Assembly: GCA_964557495.1 (NCBI GenBank)
Contig: CAZLBF010000040.1
Span: 1 to 41,441, forward strand
DNA from: an uncultured Myxococcales bacterium
Lineage (GTDB): Bacteria > Myxococcota_A > UBA9160 > SZUA-336
DNA: 41,441 nucleotides
Direction of reading: 5' to 3'
A model generated the notes under the pieces. It did no database searches. It saw nothing but the letters and a program-made list of their open reading frames with translations, and was not told the DNA's origin. The position numbers and the translations under genes are program-made. Of this stretch, positions 21,036-29,961 are shown piece by piece. Position 1 is the stretch's first letter. Each line of letters begins with the position of its first letter.

Positions 21036-21481
21036 TGTCCGACTTGAGAGAGCTCTACCAGGAGGTCATTCTCGACCACACCAAGCGCCCCCGTAACTTC
21101 GGGACGCTCGAAGGGTCGAGCCATCGGGCCGAGGGGAACAACCCGCTCTGCGGTGACGAGATCCGGGTGACCGTGAAGGTCGACGGCGACTCGATCCGGG
21201 AGCTGCGTTTCGAAGGCGCGGGCTGTGCGATCTCTACCGCGTCGGCGTCGCTCATGACCGAGGCGCTCGCGGGCAAGACGATCGAGCAGGCGAACTGCCT
21301 CTTCGACCGCTTTCACGGCGTGGTCACGGGTGAGATCGCCCGCGACGACGGCAAGCTCGGCAAGCTCGCGGTCATGGGAGGCGTCGCGGAGTATCCGCTG
21401 CGCGTCAAGTGCGCGACGCTCGCCTGGCACACGCTTCGCGCTGCGCTCGAGGGATCGGGCGAGCCGGTCACGACCGAGTAG
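21035..21481 (+). CDS. sufU: SUF-system sulfur transfer/scaffold protein SufU (IscU/NifU-N-like)
   Basis: LYQEVILDHTKRPRNFG, NPLCGDEI, FEGAGCAIS, and a C-terminal RVKCATLAW, i.e. the three conserved Cys of SufU. 1-nt overlap with the sufS stop. Confidence 0.9.
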   Translation: MSDLRELYQEVILDHTKRPRNFGTLEGSSHRAEGNNPLCGDEIRVTVKVDGDSIRELRFEGAGCAISTASASLMTEALAGKTIEQANCLFDRFHGVVTGEIARDDGKLGKLAVMGGVAEYPLRVKCATLAWHTLRAALEGSGEPVTTE

Positions 21482-21489
21482 GTATCCGC

Positions 21490-21807
21490 ATGGACGACGA
21501 CGCCCGGAAAGCGCTCAAAGAGACCATCATCGAGACGCTCAAGACCTGCTACGACCCCGAGATTCCGGTCGACATCTACGAGCTCGGACTGATCTACGAC
21601 ATCGAGATCGACGAGACTTCGAAGGTCGACGTGACGATGACGCTCACTACGCCCGCCTGCCCGGTCGCCGGGATGCTGCTCGAGCAGGTGGAGAGCCGCG
21701 TGGGATCGGTCGAGGGTGTCCGAGAGGCACGCGTGCAGCTCGTCTGGGACCCGCCCTGGAACCCGAACAAGATGTCCGAGGCCGCCCGCCTCGAGCTCGG
21801 CTTCTAG
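21490..21807 (+). CDS. sufT: SufT-like DUF59 (MIP18 family) Fe-S assembly protein
   Basis: 105 aa. IIETLKTCYDPEIPVDIYELGLIYDIE and TLTTPACPVAG are the DUF59 hallmarks. Confidence 0.85.
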   Translation: MDDDARKALKETIIETLKTCYDPEIPVDIYELGLIYDIEIDETSKVDVTMTLTTPACPVAGMLLEQVESRVGSVEGVREARVQLVWDPPWNPNKMSEAARLELGF

Positions 21808-21842
21808 CTCGCATCTCCAACCGGGTCGGTCTCTCGCGTCAG

Positions 21843-21861
21843 GCCTCGCCTCAGGCGAGGC
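21843..21861. terminator. 8-bp GC hairpin (GCCTCGCC-TCA-GGCGAGGC) between convergent sufT and the Yip1-like gene
   Basis: Read directly from the sequence. The loop is the stop codon of the minus-strand gene. No U-tract, so the terminator role is only inferred from its position. Confidence 0.35.
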
Positions 21862-22390
21862 TCGGAATCAGCACGAAGAGCACCATGGAGACGACGTGGG
21901 CGAGTAGGCAGATCGCCACGGCGCGGCCCGTCGAGATGTCGAGCGCCTGACGGACGGCGATCACCCACGCGACGATCGCCATGACCGCGACCACGAGCAT
22001 GAGCAGGCCGGTCAGCGGGCCGAGCGGAATCGCGCCGAGCACGAACAGGATCTGAGGCGCGAGCCCGAACCCGAGCGTACGCAGCAGCTCGGGATAGTCC
22101 GAGGTGTGCTCGAGCACTCGAACGCCAATCACCCAGACGATGGCCGCACCGAGACCCCAGACGATGAAGCCCTGGATCAGCCCGCCGATGAAGCCGACCT
22201 GTGGGAAGCCCCCGATTCCCCCGGCCAGCGCCGCCAGCGCCACGACGACGGCGGCCTGAGGCAGCGCCGAGACGTCGTGCTCGACCTCCTCGTAGACCGT
22301 CGCGTCGAGGAGCATCGCGCCTCGTAGCCGCTGCATGAAGGAGCGCCGCGGACCGCCTCCCTTCGAGTAGTCGACGTTCTCGAGGTTCAC
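21851..22390 (-). CDS. Yip1-domain family integral membrane protein
   Basis: 179 aa. Soluble N-terminal about 40 aa (FMQRLRGAMLLDATVYEEVEHD) followed by five hydrophobic spans, the typical bacterial YIP1 architecture. GC3 is high in this frame. Confidence 0.65.
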   Translation of the reverse strand: MNLENVDYSKGGGPRRSFMQRLRGAMLLDATVYEEVEHDVSALPQAAVVVALAALAGGIGGFPQVGFIGGLIQGFIVWGLGAAIVWVIGVRVLEHTSDYPELLRTLGFGLAPQILFVLGAIPLGPLTGLLMLVVAVMAIVAWVIAVRQALDISTGRAVAICLLAHVVSMVLFVLIPSLA

Positions 22391-22486
22391 GGCCCGATTG
22401 AGTCACAGCGGGCGGGAGGCGTCAACGCCGAAACTGCGCGTGGTAGCATCGCGCCCCAGCGCCCGCCGGGGCGTTGGGGACTTGAA

Positions 22487-23104
22487 TTGAGTCGACTCTA
22501 CGAGTACCGAAGGATCGAGGTCCGGCCTCACGGCTGGCCGGAGGTCGCCGAGCAGATCGGGACAACGCGGCGCCGCGCGGTCGAGGAGGCGGGGGGAAGC
22601 CTGTTCGGCATCTGGACGGGCCAGATCGGCATGGGCTCGAACGAGGCCGTCGCAATGACCGTGTGGCCGGACGAGGCGGCGCACTCGAAGCACGCGCCGC
22701 AGCTCGTCGAATCGGTGGGCGGCATCGTCAGCTCGAGCGCGGAGCGCCTGGTCCTGCGGGCGCGCTCCGAGGATCCCGAGCCGCCGACGGGACCGGGAAT
22801 CTACGCCCACCGTTGGTTCGAGATTCTCGCGGAGGATCGAGCCGAGTTCGTGGACCTCTCCGAGGCGGCCTGGCCCGACTTCGAGACCTCGTACGATGCG
22901 AGCATCGTCGGACTCTGGGAGACGCGAGATCCCACGCCTCCCACGTCGAGGCTGCTGCTGCTCACGCGCTACGGCTCACTCGCAGTCTGGGAGCGGTCGC
23001 GCAGCGCGCGCACCGATCGAGAGCGGGAAGCCTGGCAGCGCTTCCTGCGCCGCCACACCCTGACCCGCTCCACGATCGTGTCGACGACTCTTCTTGCCGG
23101 ATAA
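22487..23104 (+). CDS. NIPSNAP-like (tandem dimeric alpha-beta barrel) protein
   Basis: 205 aa with a TTG start. Two repeats of the pattern Y(E)xRxY...GxLxGxWxxxxGxxNEV/WERS typical of NIPSNAP domains. The call is by pattern only. Confidence 0.5.
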   Translation: MSRLYEYRRIEVRPHGWPEVAEQIGTTRRRAVEEAGGSLFGIWTGQIGMGSNEAVAMTVWPDEAAHSKHAPQLVESVGGIVSSSAERLVLRARSEDPEPPTGPGIYAHRWFEILAEDRAEFVDLSEAAWPDFETSYDASIVGLWETRDPTPPTSRLLLLTRYGSLAVWERSRSARTDREREAWQRFLRRHTLTRSTIVSTTLLAG

Positions 23105-23105
23105 C

Positions 23106-23122
23106 GGCCGGCTAAGCCGGCC
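23106..23122. terminator. 7-bp GC hairpin (GGCCGGC-TAA-GCCGGCC) between convergent genes
   Basis: Read directly from the sequence. Begins 2 nt after the plus-gene stop codon and lies 40 bp past the stop of the minus-strand gene. No U-tract. Confidence 0.4.
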
Positions 23123-23161
23123 TGCCGGGCTTCGCTCGGCTTCGCCTCGCTGCGCGCGCCG

Positions 23162-23659
23162 CTACTGCGGCGCTTGCATGTCCTGCCGGATAACGGCCAG
23201 GCGGTCGCCGAGCTCGCGGTGGAGGAGCTCGAGCGCGAGGGTCATGTCGTCGAGGTTCTCGAACTGGAAGCGCCAGCTCTCCCCTCCCTGCAGCGTGAAC
23301 GTCCAGCGCCCGTCGTGGCGGCCGTGCGCCGCGACGCGGCTCGGCTCCAGGATCTGGGACTCGGCGATCTGGGCCACGCTCAGCTGAAAGCTGTGCCGGT
23401 GCTCGCGTGCCCGGATCTCGGGCGGGATCCGGTCGACCTCCTCGACCCGCGCGCGCAGCTTCGCCTCCCTGCGCCGCCGCAGGCGCTCCTCGATCAGGGA
23501 GCCGAGCGGCCCGAACAGCGCTCCGAGAGCAGCTCCCAGATCCCCACCCTGTCCGCCGATCCGAATGAAGAACAGCTCGCCGCGCGTCGAGTAGACGCGG
23601 TAGAGGCGGTCCGGCCGCATCCAGAAGATCGCGCGCGCGTTGAATGCAGTGGCGTTCAT
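23162..23659 (-). CDS. Hypothetical protein (165 aa), no family recognised
   Basis: High GC3 in this frame. The ATG overlaps the stop of the upstream DUF1990 gene (ATGA). Contains a Gly-rich segment GGQGGDLGAALGALFGPLG and a charged helix RLRRRREAKLRARVEE. Confidence 0.6.
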   Translation of the reverse strand: MNATAFNARAIFWMRPDRLYRVYSTRGELFFIRIGGQGGDLGAALGALFGPLGSLIEERLRRRREAKLRARVEEVDRIPPEIRAREHRHSFQLSVAQIAESQILEPSRVAAHGRHDGRWTFTLQGGESWRFQFENLDDMTLALELLHRELGDRLAVIRQDMQAPQ

Positions 23660-24285
23660 TCCGTACTCGCAAAGGGACGCGTCGCGCGGCGCATCGCGCG
23701 AATGGAGTCACCGGCAAAGCGCTTCTGCATGAAGCGCAGGTAGGGATAGCCGAGTCGGGCGAGGATCTGCTGCGGACGCGAGAAGGCCAGGACCTCGTAC
23801 CAGACGACGTCGTCCGCGCGACTCCACTCGACTCGGAAGTACTCCTCGCCCTGTGCGGCGTGGTCCGGGAGGGTGCCGTATGCGAAGCCGAACCGCTCGG
23901 TGGATCCCGTGTCGTCGACGCACTGAACGATGCGGCACGGATTCAGCGACCAGACGACCGGGCCGGTCACGAGGACTCCGACGGTGCTCCCGACCTCGAT
24001 CGGCGTAGTCGGCCAGCACAGCTCGACCCAGTCGAGATTGAACATCTCCCAGCGCCGGAGCGCGTTGCGAGCGCGCTCGAAGGCCACGGCCCCGAATCCG
24101 AGACGCGCGCGGTAGTGGTCGATCACGTAGCGACCGTCGAGTCGAGCGCGGAGCGACTCGGCCCCTTCGAGCGACGCACCCACGTCGGGGTACGAGAACT
24201 CCTCCTTCGACTGACGGTCGAGCCGCCCGCGAATCGCGGCATCCGGAGGCCTCGAGAGCGAGAACGAGAAGCCCTGTCCCAGCAC
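23656..24285 (-). CDS. DUF1990 (UPF0548) family protein
   Basis: 209 aa. FSYPDVGAS...Y....YRARLGFG...FERARNALRRWEMF...V and a C-terminal YEVLAFSRP, a pattern I recognise as DUF1990. Starts 7 nt after the HD hydrolase stop. Confidence 0.65.
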   Translation of the reverse strand: MLGQGFSFSLSRPPDAAIRGRLDRQSKEEFSYPDVGASLEGAESLRARLDGRYVIDHYRARLGFGAVAFERARNALRRWEMFNLDWVELCWPTTPIEVGSTVGVLVTGPVVWSLNPCRIVQCVDDTGSTERFGFAYGTLPDHAAQGEEYFRVEWSRADDVVWYEVLAFSRPQQILARLGYPYLRFMQKRFAGDSIRAMRRATRPFASTE

Positions 24286-24292
24286 GACCCCC

Positions 24293-24868
24293 TCAGTCCG
24301 CCTCTGCGAGGAGCCGCAGGCCCGTCTTCAGCAGGTCGTCGTAGTAGCGCTCCAGCTCCGGGCTGGCGCCGCGGCAGCCCGAGACGACGCGCTCGGTCCA
24401 CTCGAGGTACTCCCGTCGCCGGTCGAGCGACCAGCCTTTGGGAGCCGAGTGAATCACGTCCGTCACGTTGCAGATCTTGTCCGCCAGCTTGATCAGCTTC
24501 GCTTCGGGAGACAGGCTCGGCGTGTGCTCCACCTGGAGTCGCTTGCGCTCCTGCTTCGGCAGGCTCTTGTCGTCGGTCACCTCCTCGACGATGCGCCTGA
24601 CGTCCCTCCCGAACCGCTGCTCCAGCTCCAGCGCGGTCGTCTCGGTGTCCTCGATGGTGTCGTGAAGCACGGCGGCCTGAAGCATCGAGAGGCTCTGAAC
24701 GTTTCCCACGCGCGTGAGGACCTCGGCGACCTCGATCGCGTGGTTGATGTAGGGCCACTCCTCGGGCCCCTTCCTGCGCTGGTCGCGATGCTTCTGCGCG
24801 GAGAAGTGGAGCGCCTCCAGGATCGCTCCGAGCGCGCCTTCAGCTTCGGCCATGTCCAGGTCCCTCAT
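24293..24868 (-). CDS. MESH1/HDDC3-like HD-domain small alarmone hydrolase ((p)ppGpp pyrophosphohydrolase family)
   Basis: Long colinear matches to the metazoan MESH1 pattern as I recall it: [63 protein letters not shown]. Start is ATG 24868 or ATG 24853. Confidence 0.88.
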   Translation of the reverse strand: MRDLDMAEAEGALGAILEALHFSAQKHRDQRRKGPEEWPYINHAIEVAEVLTRVGNVQSLSMLQAAVLHDTIEDTETTALELEQRFGRDVRRIVEEVTDDKSLPKQERKRLQVEHTPSLSPEAKLIKLADKICNVTDVIHSAPKGWSLDRRREYLEWTERVVSGCRGASPELERYYDDLLKTGLRLLAEAD

Positions 24869-24899
24869 GCTCGGTCGCCCCGAGTCTACTACTCGGCAC

Positions 24900-26813
24900 T
24901 CACCTCGAGCCGTTCGCAACGTGCGGGCGAAAGCCGCTGCGCTCGAGCTCGGGCCAGACGGGGCTCTCGGACTCGAGGAGACGCCGGAATGCCCGGACAG
25001 CGGGTCGGTCGGCGCTCCGCTTCGGAACGGCGAAGTCGTAACACTCGTCCTGGAGCGGACGGAAGTGGAGGCCCGCGTCCCGGGCGACGCTCTCGATCAG
25101 CACGCCCCAATCCGCGCGGCCCTGGGCGATGGCGGCAGCGACGGCATAGTGGGAGCGCGGCTCGTAGGCGTGGCCGTCGGGCCGACGCTCGCCGAGCAGT
25201 CGATCGATCAGAATGCGAGTGCCGCTTCCCCGGTTCCGGTTCACCATTCGGAGTGCGGGATCCTGGACCAGGACGTCGGCGGCTCGGGTCTCATCGGTGC
25301 GCGTAGCGACCCCCTGCATGCGGCGGTAGCCGCACACGAGGTCGAGCGAGTCGTCGAGGAACGGAGCGTTGTAGCGGCCGGAGGCGGGATCGAGCAGGTG
25401 AATGGGAGCGACGTCGCACTCGCCGCGGCGCGCCGCCTCGAGCCCCCCCTGGCTCCCCACGGCGAGCAGCTTGACGGAGTAGCCCTGGCGCGAGAGCGCC
25501 GCCGCGATCACGTCGAGTCCGGTGCAGTGGCTGCCCACGATCACGAGGTCGGCCGGCTCGAGCGCGCGGCCGAGCAGGGTCACCTCGACCTGCGCGCCGG
25601 CCTCGACGATCTCGGTGTTGCGGTCGATGCGCACGAAGCCATCGGCGCGGCTGAAGGACGTGACGCTGCCGCTCCCCTTCCCCATGGGGTACGCGGCGAG
25701 GTCGCCCTCCTCCCCGCGCACGAGGCCCACGAGCAGGTACTCGAGACGCCCGCGCTCCGAGACGACGCGCACGGCGAGCCGTGCGGGCCGGGTCTCCCGT
25801 TGCTCGCTCGGAAGACCGGCGAGGCGCCGCAGCACGGGGGCGACGAACTCGTGGAACGTGAAGACCGCCGAGGTGGGGAAGCCGGGGAGGATCACCACCG
25901 GCTTCCCGCCTTGACTCGCCAGACAGATCGGCTTGCCGGGCTTCAGCGCGACGCCGTGCACGACGATGCCCGGTCGCAGGTCGGCGACGACGCGGTACGA
26001 GAGGTCTCCCTCCCCCTTCGAGGTCCCACCCGAAAGGACGACGAGATCCCCTTGGTCCAGCCCGCGTTCCAGCGCCTCGCGCAGCGCGCGTTCATCGTCG
26101 CGGAACGCGCCCATGAAGACCGGGCTGCCCCCCAGCTCGCGGATCGCGTCGCAGAGAATGCGGCCGTTAGAGTCGAAGACCAGGCCGGCGCGCATCGTCT
26201 CGCCGGGCGCGATGATCTCGTCGCCGGTCGAGATCACGGCGACGCTCGGCTGCCGCACGACGTCGACGGCATCGACCCCGATCGCCGCAAGCACGCCGGT
26301 CTCGCGCGACGTCAGACGGGCTCCCTGGAACAGGACGGTCTCCCCGCGACCGATGTCGGTGCCGGCGTACGCGACCGCGGCGCCCGGAACCGCCGCGCGC
26401 CGGATCACGACGACGCTCCCCTCCGCCTCGAGGTCGGTGTACTCCACCCCGATCACCGCGTCGGCACCGCGTGGAAGCATGCCGCCGGTCGCGATCACGC
26501 TCGCACCACCGGGTGGGACGACCTGCTTGGGCTCGACTCCCGTCGGGATCGTCTCGCCGGTGAGCCGGAGCCGCACGGGCACCTCTTCGGTCGCGCCGAA
26601 GCTGTCCTCGGCGCGGACCGCGAAGCCGTCCAGGTTGGAGCGGTCGAAGGACGGGACGTCGACCTCGGAGCGGAGGTCCCGCGCGAGCACGCGGCCGAGG
26701 GCCGCGACGACCGGGACGCGCTCCGACGGGAGCGCCTCGAGGGCGAGCGCCGCGAGCCAGCGACGCTCCGCCTCGTCGCGGTCGAGCACCTCCAGGAACT
26801 GCTCCTGCCTCAC
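24900..26813 (-). CDS. MoeA-like molybdopterin molybdenum/tungsten transferase fused to a C-terminal PBP-like oxyanion-binding domain
   Basis: The GTG start overlaps the upstream moeA stop (GTGA at 26810..26813). N-terminal MoeA domains ([26 protein letters not shown]). C-terminal about 230 aa ([12 protein letters not shown]...[13 protein letters not shown]...ADWGV) resembles the PBP_like domain fused to MoeA in archaea and in tungsten users. Confidence 0.8.
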   Translation of the reverse strand: MRQEQFLEVLDRDEAERRWLAALALEALPSERVPVVAALGRVLARDLRSEVDVPSFDRSNLDGFAVRAEDSFGATEEVPVRLRLTGETIPTGVEPKQVVPPGGASVIATGGMLPRGADAVIGVEYTDLEAEGSVVVIRRAAVPGAAVAYAGTDIGRGETVLFQGARLTSRETGVLAAIGVDAVDVVRQPSVAVISTGDEIIAPGETMRAGLVFDSNGRILCDAIRELGGSPVFMGAFRDDERALREALERGLDQGDLVVLSGGTSKGEGDLSYRVVADLRPGIVVHGVALKPGKPICLASQGGKPVVILPGFPTSAVFTFHEFVAPVLRRLAGLPSEQRETRPARLAVRVVSERGRLEYLLVGLVRGEEGDLAAYPMGKGSGSVTSFSRADGFVRIDRNTEIVEAGAQVEVTLLGRALEPADLVIVGSHCTGLDVIAAALSRQGYSVKLLAVGSQGGLEAARRGECDVAPIHLLDPASGRYNAPFLDDSLDLVCGYRRMQGVATRTDETRAADVLVQDPALRMVNRNRGSGTRILIDRLLGERRPDGHAYEPRSHYAVAAAIAQGRADWGVLIESVARDAGLHFRPLQDECYDFAVPKRSADRPAVRAFRRLLESESPVWPELERSGFRPHVANGSR

Positions 26814-28048
26814 GTCGGAAGCCCCTCGTCGTACAGCAGCACCTCGACCTCGACCCCCTCCGCCATGCCCTCGAGGGCCCGTGGCACGATCACGACGCCC
26901 GCGGCGCGCACCGTAGAGGAGAGAATCGAGGCCCCGGAGGTCGAGATGGGCACCGCACAGCCCGCCTCGATCGCCACGCGCACGTAGTCGGTGCGGCCGA
27001 CGGCCGAGGCGATCTTGCGGGCGAGCGGGAGCCGGGCGCGGCGATGCGGCCACTCGCGCGAACGGCCTCCCAGCGCGCGCAGCGTCGGCCCTGCGAAGAA
27101 CTCGTAGGCGCAGAGACAGCTCACCGGGTTCCCCGGGAGCAGGAACGCGAAGTGATCGCCGATCCGGCCCACGCCGGCGGGGCTCGACGGCCGCATCGCG
27201 ATGCCGTGAAAGTCGAGGCTCCCCAGCTCTGCAACCAGGCGCGGCGCGTGGTCCTCCTGGCCGACCGAGCTACCGCCCGAGACCAGCACCACATCCGCCT
27301 CCGCGTTCTCGAGCGCGGCCCGGACCTGCTCCGGCCGGTCGGGAAGGATCTGGTAGGGGAGCACCTCGCCGCCGTCCCGCTCGACCAGCGCGCACAGCAT
27401 GACCGAGTTGGAGTCGACGATCCGGGCCCCCTCCGGCCGACTCCCGGCGGGCAGCAGCTCGTCGCCCGTAATGACCAGGGCCGCGCGCGGACGTCTCACA
27501 CAGGCGACCCGAGCGACGCCGATCGAGGCGAGCAGCCCCACGTCCTGGGGGCGCAGCCGACGACCGGCGCGCAGCACTCGATCCCCCCTGCGGATGTCCT
27601 CCGCCACGGCACCCACGTGCTTGCGCGGCGACACGGCGTCCGTCACGCGAACGGCGCCGTCCGACTCCTCGCAGATCTCGGCCATGGCCACGGCGTCCGC
27701 GCCGTCGGGAAGCGGCGCGCCGGTCATGATCCGCACCGCCTGTCCCACGCCGACCGAGCCGTCGAAGGGCCGCCCGGGATACGCCTCGCCGACGAGCACC
27801 AACGCGAGCGGGTTGTAGCTCGAGGCGCCGAACGTGTCCTCGCCGCGCACCGCGTAGCCATCCATGGCGGCGCGGGCGAAGCCGGGAACGTCGACGTCGG
27901 AGGACCGGTCCTCGGCCAGGACCCGGCCCGCGCAGCGGCGCAGGTCTACCGCCTCTGCAGGTAGCGCGCGAACGTGCTCGGCCAGAAACTGCTCGACCTC
28001 TTCCACGTCCACGCGCTGGGCAAAGCCTCGCATCCGGACGTCGCGCAT
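26810..28048 (-). CDS. moeA: Molybdopterin molybdenumtransferase MoeA
   Basis: 412 aa. AAMDGYAVRGEDTFG, TGAPLPDGADAV, VSGGSSVGQEDH, LPGNPVS are canonical MoeA/gephyrin-E motifs. Confidence 0.9.
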   Translation of the reverse strand: MRDVRMRGFAQRVDVEEVEQFLAEHVRALPAEAVDLRRCAGRVLAEDRSSDVDVPGFARAAMDGYAVRGEDTFGASSYNPLALVLVGEAYPGRPFDGSVGVGQAVRIMTGAPLPDGADAVAMAEICEESDGAVRVTDAVSPRKHVGAVAEDIRRGDRVLRAGRRLRPQDVGLLASIGVARVACVRRPRAALVITGDELLPAGSRPEGARIVDSNSVMLCALVERDGGEVLPYQILPDRPEQVRAALENAEADVVLVSGGSSVGQEDHAPRLVAELGSLDFHGIAMRPSSPAGVGRIGDHFAFLLPGNPVSCLCAYEFFAGPTLRALGGRSREWPHRRARLPLARKIASAVGRTDYVRVAIEAGCAVPISTSGASILSSTVRAAGVVIVPRALEGMAEGVEVEVLLYDEGLPT

Positions 28049-28106
28049 CTCGTCAGACCGGCGATCGGCGGGGCAACGCTCGGGCGCCCCGCAGCGTGAG
28101 CGTGGG

Positions 28107-29834
28107 CTACCCGGTCGCCTTGGAAGAGAACATCTCCTCCTGGTAGGGGAGCTTCTTCTTGGCCTCGTTCGCCTTGGCGACCGGGACGTCGTACACGACC
28201 TCCTGCGGACCGATCTTGTCTTCCTTCATGCAGGCGGGCAGGTCGTTGTCGTCGTCCTTCCAGCCGGCCCTCTCGTTGAACTCCCACTCGTCCGAGAGGC
28301 ACTGCCAGCCCAGATCGTAGATCTGATCGCGCGAGATCTCCTCGCCGTAGAAGTGGCCGAGGAACTGGCGGATGTCGTCGAGCGACGGCTGCAGGAACTG
28401 ACAGAAGCCGGAGGAGTCGCAGACCGCGTTCACGAGCTGCGACTGCTGGGACGCGTAGGCGAACTGCTCGGCGGGCATGCCCGGGTTCACGATCAGGCCC
28501 GCGGTGTGGTCGGCGCCCATCGGGCTGGTCGCGTAGGTCACGCCCGTCGCCTTGAGGGGGCGCGGATCCCAGGCGGGAATCGCCTGGCCCCGCACCGCCG
28601 GCACGCGATGGTGCTTGGTGCGCTTGCCCACGGCGACGGCGCCGTTGCCCACGGCCTTGCCCACGTCGGTCCCCTCGGCGATGTCGCTGATCAGCTTCCG
28701 CATCCCGTCGGCGTCGCCCCAGTCCATCTCGCCGGCGTCCATCAGGATCGCGATCGCCGCGCCCGTCTCGATCGTGTCGAGGCCGACCTCGTCACACAGC
28801 CGGTCCATGTCCGCGACGTCTTCCCAGCTCTCGAGGTCGCAGTTCGAGCCGAGCAGCGTCAGGGTCTCGAACTCGAGCGCCGACGTCTTGTAGTTGCCGT
28901 CCGCGTCGTGGACGATGTTGGAGCACTGCACGATGCAGCCGGTCATGCAGTTGTGCATGCGCCCGCCGCGCGTCTCGAAGCTCTCGTTGATGCGCGCCCC
29001 CTCGAGCGTGGTCGCGTGCGGCGACTGGCCGTTCACGCGGTTCCGGTTCGGGAAGGTCTGCAGCATGTTCGCGACCGGCACCACCGAGGCCGTACCCGTC
29101 TTGAACATCTGCGGGCCTTCCTGGTAGTCCTTGGTGTAGGTCTTGTTGAGGTTGTTGAACTCCTTGCGCTGGGCCGGCTGCCGGACCGAGGCTCGGCCCG
29201 GGTCGACCGCGACGAACTTGAGACCCTTGCTCCCCATCACGGCTCCGAGGCCGCCGCGCGCCGCGTGGCGCGTCGGGACGCGGTTGTCCTGGTCGGTGCA
29301 GGCGACCGACGCGCCCGTCAGCTCGAGCTCGCCGGCCGGACCGATCGTGATGAACGAGGCCTTCTTGTCGTAGCTCTCCGCGAGCTTCTCGCAGCACGCG
29401 TAGTTCCACAGCGCCTTGTAGTCGTCCGCGGGGACGATCTTCACGTCGCCCGAGTTGACCTCGAGCCCGTAGCGCCGGCTGCGGTCGGCCGGCTGACCCT
29501 TCACGATGATCGCGCGATAGCCGAGCTTCATCAGGTGCTGGGCCGGGTTGCCACCCGCGTTGGCCTCTTTGATCCCCTGCGTGAGGGGACTCTTTCCACC
29601 GATCGAGATGCGACCCGACGTCGGCGCCGAGGTCCCCGCGAGCACTCCGGGCGCCATCACGAGGACGTTGTCCGGTCCCAGCGCGTCGCAGTTGGGATCG
29701 CATTCGTCGAGGAGAATCTTCGCCGACAGGGCGCGCCCGCCGAGGAGCTTCCACTCCGCGGGGAACGGAGCGATCTCGACGCTCTGCTTGGTCATGTCCA
29801 CCCGGATCAGTTGATCGTTCAGCTTCTGGGCCAT
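28107..29834 (-). CDS. Aldehyde:ferredoxin oxidoreductase family (tungstopterin, [4Fe-4S]) enzyme
   Basis: 575 aa. AOR N-terminal domain (LIRVDMTKQSVEI...LGGRALSAKILLDE...NVLVMAPGVLAGTSAPTSGR), a Cys cluster (HNCMTGCIVQC plus a distal C) and a C-terminal pterin-binding region. GGAGGA RBS before the ATG. Confidence 0.9.
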   Translation of the reverse strand: MAQKLNDQLIRVDMTKQSVEIAPFPAEWKLLGGRALSAKILLDECDPNCDALGPDNVLVMAPGVLAGTSAPTSGRISIGGKSPLTQGIKEANAGGNPAQHLMKLGYRAIIVKGQPADRSRRYGLEVNSGDVKIVPADDYKALWNYACCEKLAESYDKKASFITIGPAGELELTGASVACTDQDNRVPTRHAARGGLGAVMGSKGLKFVAVDPGRASVRQPAQRKEFNNLNKTYTKDYQEGPQMFKTGTASVVPVANMLQTFPNRNRVNGQSPHATTLEGARINESFETRGGRMHNCMTGCIVQCSNIVHDADGNYKTSALEFETLTLLGSNCDLESWEDVADMDRLCDEVGLDTIETGAAIAILMDAGEMDWGDADGMRKLISDIAEGTDVGKAVGNGAVAVGKRTKHHRVPAVRGQAIPAWDPRPLKATGVTYATSPMGADHTAGLIVNPGMPAEQFAYASQQSQLVNAVCDSSGFCQFLQPSLDDIRQFLGHFYGEEISRDQIYDLGWQCLSDEWEFNERAGWKDDDNDLPACMKEDKIGPQEVVYDVPVAKANEAKKKLPYQEEMFSSKATG

Positions 29835-29919
29835 GGATTCCTCCAGTGGGCTAGACGAGGCTCTAGCGGTCGGGGTCCAAAACTCGCACGCAGACTACCA
29901 CAGGTCCGGAGAGCGGCGA

Positions 29920-29931
29920 GCAACCGGTTGC
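29920..29931. repeat. Perfect 12-bp palindrome GCAACCGGTTGC inside the 127-nt moaD-like/AOR spacer; function unknown
   Basis: Read directly from the sequence. A second 6-bp-stem hairpin (GCTAGA-N6-TCTAGC, 29850..29867) lies 15 nt upstream of the AOR start codon. Confidence 0.6.
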
Positions 29932-29961
29932 GAGCCCGGGCGCGACGGGGGACGAGCGACG

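Noticed and set aside
29835-29961. Calling the moaD-like/AOR spacer a Moco/Tuco riboswitch.
   Set aside because: The location is suggestive, but I cannot recognise the conserved Moco-motif core by eye. It is kept as an open question in the findings and is not annotated as an ncRNA.
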